Position numbers and translations under genes: made by a program | Notes under the pieces: model-generated | Told to the model about the DNA's origin: nothing | What the model saw: the letters and a program-made list of their open reading frames with translations, nothing else | The model's database searches: none | Part shown: positions 60,911-64,000 of the stretch, one piece after another | Numbering within the stretch: position 1 is the first letter of the stretch | Layout: every line of letters starts with the position of its first letter | Source: Azolla caroliniana | Lineage: Eukaryota > Plantae > Polypodiophyta | Direction: 5' to 3' | Assembly: GCA_043228905.1 (NCBI GenBank) | Contig: JBHGNT010000006.1 | Span: forward strand, 22,506,001-22,570,000 | DNA length: 64,000 nt

Positions 60911-63900
60911 TCAGGCTGTGTCCGAAGAGAGAGGTGGTGTTCCGACTATAACACTCACTTTCCGTAGAAGCGTCATCATTTGATCTTGTATGTTCCCACC
61001 ATCATCATCATTAATACTTCTTTTTTCCTGATTGATATTATCTTGTGAAGAACATACATGCTTGGAAGAAGAAGAATCCCCTTTTGCCTCCTTAGATGCA
61101 AGTGACATCAGTTCACTGTTCACATCTTTCTCTTCACTTGAAGAAGGCATACCATTTTTTTCGGGAAATGCTTTCTTATCGTAAAGCTGCACCGAGGAGA
61201 TCTTTGATTCACATGTAGATGGTGCAGCTGGCCTTCTAGTGTACTTTATCATGCTATTCTCAAAGCGTTTAAAAGATTCTATTGGGTTTTCTTCACTGAG
61301 ATCTGATTCAAAACCGTGTTCATCATGAGAGGCAAGCTTAAGGTTCCTCCTACCTTTCTTTTCCACATCCTTTTGCACAATTTCAGATTTTCTTTTGCAT
61401 ACCTTCAAGGCAAGCTCTCGAACACCGGACCTTGGGCTTTTATGCAGCACAGCATCACGGGCAGCTTTTTTTATAGACATTACTTTAACATCAGCCTTAT
61501 GCCCTTGCTTCGAACGTTTGATAACTTTTCCTGGTTTTTCATCTGACACTGCTATAGCATCCTTGGAATACCCATTGCTCTTCTTAAATGCTATGTTGCG
61601 AAACTTAAGAAGAGATTGTATGATCTTATCTTCATGAGCATTCATGCCAGAATAGTTCAGTGGATCCATGGCTGAGAGACTTAGACCTTCATAAAGTTGG
61701 GAAAGACTCATATCATCAGGAAGAGTTTTGAAAGATGTCTGTTTTTTTGGTATTGATTGCATTTTTTTGTTTGATTTCTCCAAGCATTTCCCAAGTGGAA
61801 GAGCCCCTGTAAGCTCACTCGCAACCTTTCTCATACTGTCACCAAACTTTAAATATTTGTTAGATTTGCTTTTGGAATCTCCTTTTGTAGCTGTATTTGC
61901 AACCTTGCAATTTGCCTCTTGTGTTGATTTTGCAGCCTTAAATAGCTTTTTTGTACCATCGTTTTCTTCTATCTCCATGAAATCAGACTCTTTTGCTACC
62001 TCCCCTGTTCTCATCTCAAACTCTCCCAGAGAAGCCGGAGGCTTGGTGTTCTTTAACTTCTTTTTGCATTTAACAATTTCATGCAAAGCCACTGAGTTCT
62101 CATCCTTATTTCTTCGTTTTTTCGTTGAAACTTCAAGATTCATTCTTTTTAACCCTTTCTTAGCTTTACATTCCTCCAAAACAGAGCTTGTTTTATCCCC
62201 ACCAAAGCCAACACAATCTCCAACAAGATACCCACTTTCAACATCAGTCAATGTCTCTGCATCATCAGTTTTATTTTGAACTACCTGTTTTCGCCTTCCT
62301 GGTGTTGCTTCTCTATCCTTATGCTGGAGCTTCTTTGCTTCTTTACATTCATCTGCAGCAAAATCTAATGAAGAAAATATTCTCTTTCCATGACTTGATA
62401 AAGAATTCTCCACTTTGTTTTCATCAATTTTATGTTTAGAGGCCACCATGTAAGCTCGCAAACCATAGGCATGACCTCGCAATTCTGACATATCTAAAGT
62501 ACAATTCCAAGCATCAAAGGGAGAGCAAGCCAAATCTTTCAAGAACTTCAATGTCCTATCTGGATTGAACTTATTTACACTTGACAAAACATCTCTATGA
62601 TTTTGAATTATTGTGCCTTTCTGAATGCCGGCTTTTTCATCTAGGAATGTGCTTCTACTGTATAGCATCCCATTGTAGTTCTTTAGTTTGCAGACTAACC
62701 CTAATTCTGAACGTTGACAAACTTCCTCAAGTGCTTCATCCACGGCTTTACGAAAGCTCTTCATTGTTTTCTTCACTTTTGCTTTGAAATGTGACTGGAA
62801 TGCCATCATTTCTGACTCCTGCACCCATGCAAAGGTACAATCACCAAAAAATGCTACCAGAAATTTTCCTGTTTTTCGTGATTTCATTGCAGAGTTAGAT
62901 GCATCTTCAGGATCAAAAATTTGTGCTGGCCACCAAGGATGGGACCTCACTTTGGCCCATACTAAATCACCAAATTCAAAATCCTTATTCTCATTGTAAG
63001 ATTCTGCCACCCCTCTGACAGAGTTGTCTACTAACTCTTGAGCTTCCATGGATAACTGTTCATGTGCACTTTCCTCATCAACATTACGTTCACACCTTTG
63101 TTCAGATTCGATAGCATATTGATTAGCCTCACCTTTTGTTTCTTCTTTCTCTAATGGGTGATTATCAACGGTGGGCTCATTAGAAATAATCTCAGATCCT
63201 TTGTGCCTGCCCTCATTAGAAATCATCTCAGATGCATTATGGGAGAGAGACTCTTCTATTCTAGAGTACATGTCTATATTCACTTCCTGGCTTACTAAGC
63301 CCTTTGCATTGGAACCTTCAACAACATTACCACTTTCTGAAATTGACAATTCGTGCATATGCACATCCATCACCTCTTTGTTGAATTCAGACGGAAACGC
63401 AGCTTTTTCTTTGTGGAATTCAATTTCTTCCAATTGCTTAGAGTTGCAACATAGAGTATCATTTTCTAGTTCAAACTTTCTTAAAGGATGTTCATCAATC
63501 CTTAGGCCAGAGTTGTCACCAGTTAAATTATGCTGAATTTCCTCTTGCATAGTGGTAGTTTGAATTTCCATTATTGCATCCTTGTTTGTATTTGTGACGA
63601 TGTTTTCTACTGATACATCACCTGTAGATAAGCTTGCAGATTGCAAGGCCTGGACCACATTTTCTGCTCGAACAAATTCATCATGTTCTGTTTCCCCTGA
63701 TTTTTCTTCGTCAATCAATGATTTTGTATCAATTAAATGCATATCGTCTTCCTCAGCTGCATTTGATATGATTCCAGATGCTTCATTTGTATGCATCCTC
63801 TCCATGTCCTTTCTTATCTCAGTTTCCCCTGAAAGCTCTTCGTCAATCATTGAGTTTGCGGCTATTAAATTGAAATCTTCCTCAGCTACATCCTCTGATT

Positions 63901-64000
63901 CCTGAAGCATGATGGAAGAATTAGATGCAGAGACCCCCTGAAGGCTCCTGACATCAGTCGTCTCAACAGCCTGAAAATTCTCTATTTCCTCTCTTGTGAA
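60911..64000 (-). CDS. PWWP (Tudor/PWWP/MBT) domain chromatin protein, PDP-like; 5' end lies beyond the window
   Basis: Single open frame of more than 1000 codons, still open from 63911 to 64000. PWWP domain FEFGDLVWAKVRSHPWWPAQIFDP...FLVAFFGDCTFAW; C-terminal NIQDQMMTLLRKV helix resembling plant PDP-type proteins. Confidence 0.92.
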   Translation of the reverse strand, partial: FTREEIENFQAVETTDVRSLQGVSASNSSIMLQESEDVAEEDFNLIAANSMIDEELSGETEIRKDMERMHTNEASGIISNAAEEDDMHLIDTKSLIDEEKSGETEHDEFVRAENVVQALQSASLSTGDVSVENIVTNTNKDAIMEIQTTTMQEEIQHNLTGDNSGLRIDEHPLRKFELENDTLCCNSKQLEEIEFHKEKAAFPSEFNKEVMDVHMHELSISESGNVVEGSNAKGLVSQEVNIDMYSRIEESLSHNASEMISNEGRHKGSEIISNEPTVDNHPLEKEETKGEANQYAIESEQRCERNVDEESAHEQLSMEAQELVDNSVRGVAESYNENKDFEFGDLVWAKVRSHPWWPAQIFDPEDASNSAMKSRKTGKFLVAFFGDCTFAWVQESEMMAFQSHFKAKVKKTMKSFRKAVDEALEEVCQRSELGLVCKLKNYNGMLYSRSTFLDEKAGIQKGTIIQNHRDVLSSVNKFNPDRTLKFLKDLACSPFDAWNCTLDMSELRGHAYGLRAYMVASKHKIDENKVENSLSSHGKRIFSSLDFAADECKEAKKLQHKDREATPGRRKQVVQNKTDDAETLTDVESGYLVGDCVGFGGDKTSSVLEECKAKKGLKRMNLEVSTKKRRNKDENSVALHEIVKCKKKLKNTKPPASLGEFEMRTGEVAKESDFMEIEENDGTKKLFKAAKSTQEANCKVANTATKGDSKSKSNKYLKFGDSMRKVASELTGALPLGKCLEKSNKKMQSIPKKQTSFKTLPDDMSLSQLYEGLSLSAMDPLNYSGMNAHEDKIIQSLLKFRNIAFKKSNGYSKDAIAVSDEKPGKVIKRSKQGHKADVKVMSIKKAARDAVLHKSPRSGVRELALKVCKRKSEIVQKDVEKKGRRNLKLASHDEHGFESDLSEENPIESFKRFENSMIKYTRRPAAPSTCESKISSVQLYDKKAFPEKNGMPSSSEEKDVNSELMSLASKEAKGDSSSSKHVCSSQDNINQEKRSINDDDGGNIQDQMMTLLRKVSVIVGTPPLSSDTA

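Noticed and set aside
61728-63905. Plus-strand ORFs of 107-183 aa
   Set aside because: Antisense shadows of the PWWP CDS.
27526-64000. JmjC + GRAS + PWWP as a functional chromatin gene cluster
   Set aside because: Nuclear regulators are common in plant genomes, and nothing in the sequence shows co-regulation; synteny and co-expression data would be needed.

Overview
Eukaryotic land-plant genomic DNA. It has spliceosomal GT-AG introns and plant-specific gene families; a fern or other seed-free plant is my guess from sequence style, not established. Six protein-coding genes can be built by hand with frame-consistent splice junctions: an IQ67-domain (IQD) calmodulin-binding protein (+), a 105-aa two-TM protein resembling fungal Pkr1 (+), a WRC + Cys-rich + JmjC KDM3/JHDM2-type H3K9 demethylase (+), an intronless GRAS (SCL4/7-like) factor (-), a START/SRPBCC-like protein (-), and a PWWP-domain protein (-, runs off the window end). 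There are two structurally complete Ty1/copia LTR elements (LTRs, PBS, PPT, TSD), and both lack RT/RNase H. One sits in an intron of the START-like gene, at the centre of an older fold-back element. The window also has decayed Ty3/gypsy and copia remnants, MULE-like MITEs, tRNA-derived SINE-like heads and long microsatellites. Local tandem duplication is pervasive: several introns and UTRs carry their own private minisatellite, and four of the six proteins plus one copia polyprotein carry in-frame internal repeats. No prokaryotic-type systems (CRISPR, operons) are present. The best leads are the Pkr1-like protein, an apparent compensated frameshift inside the GRAS domain, the two RT-less copia elements, the intron-private minisatellites, and a spliced uORF and micro-exon at the IQD gene.
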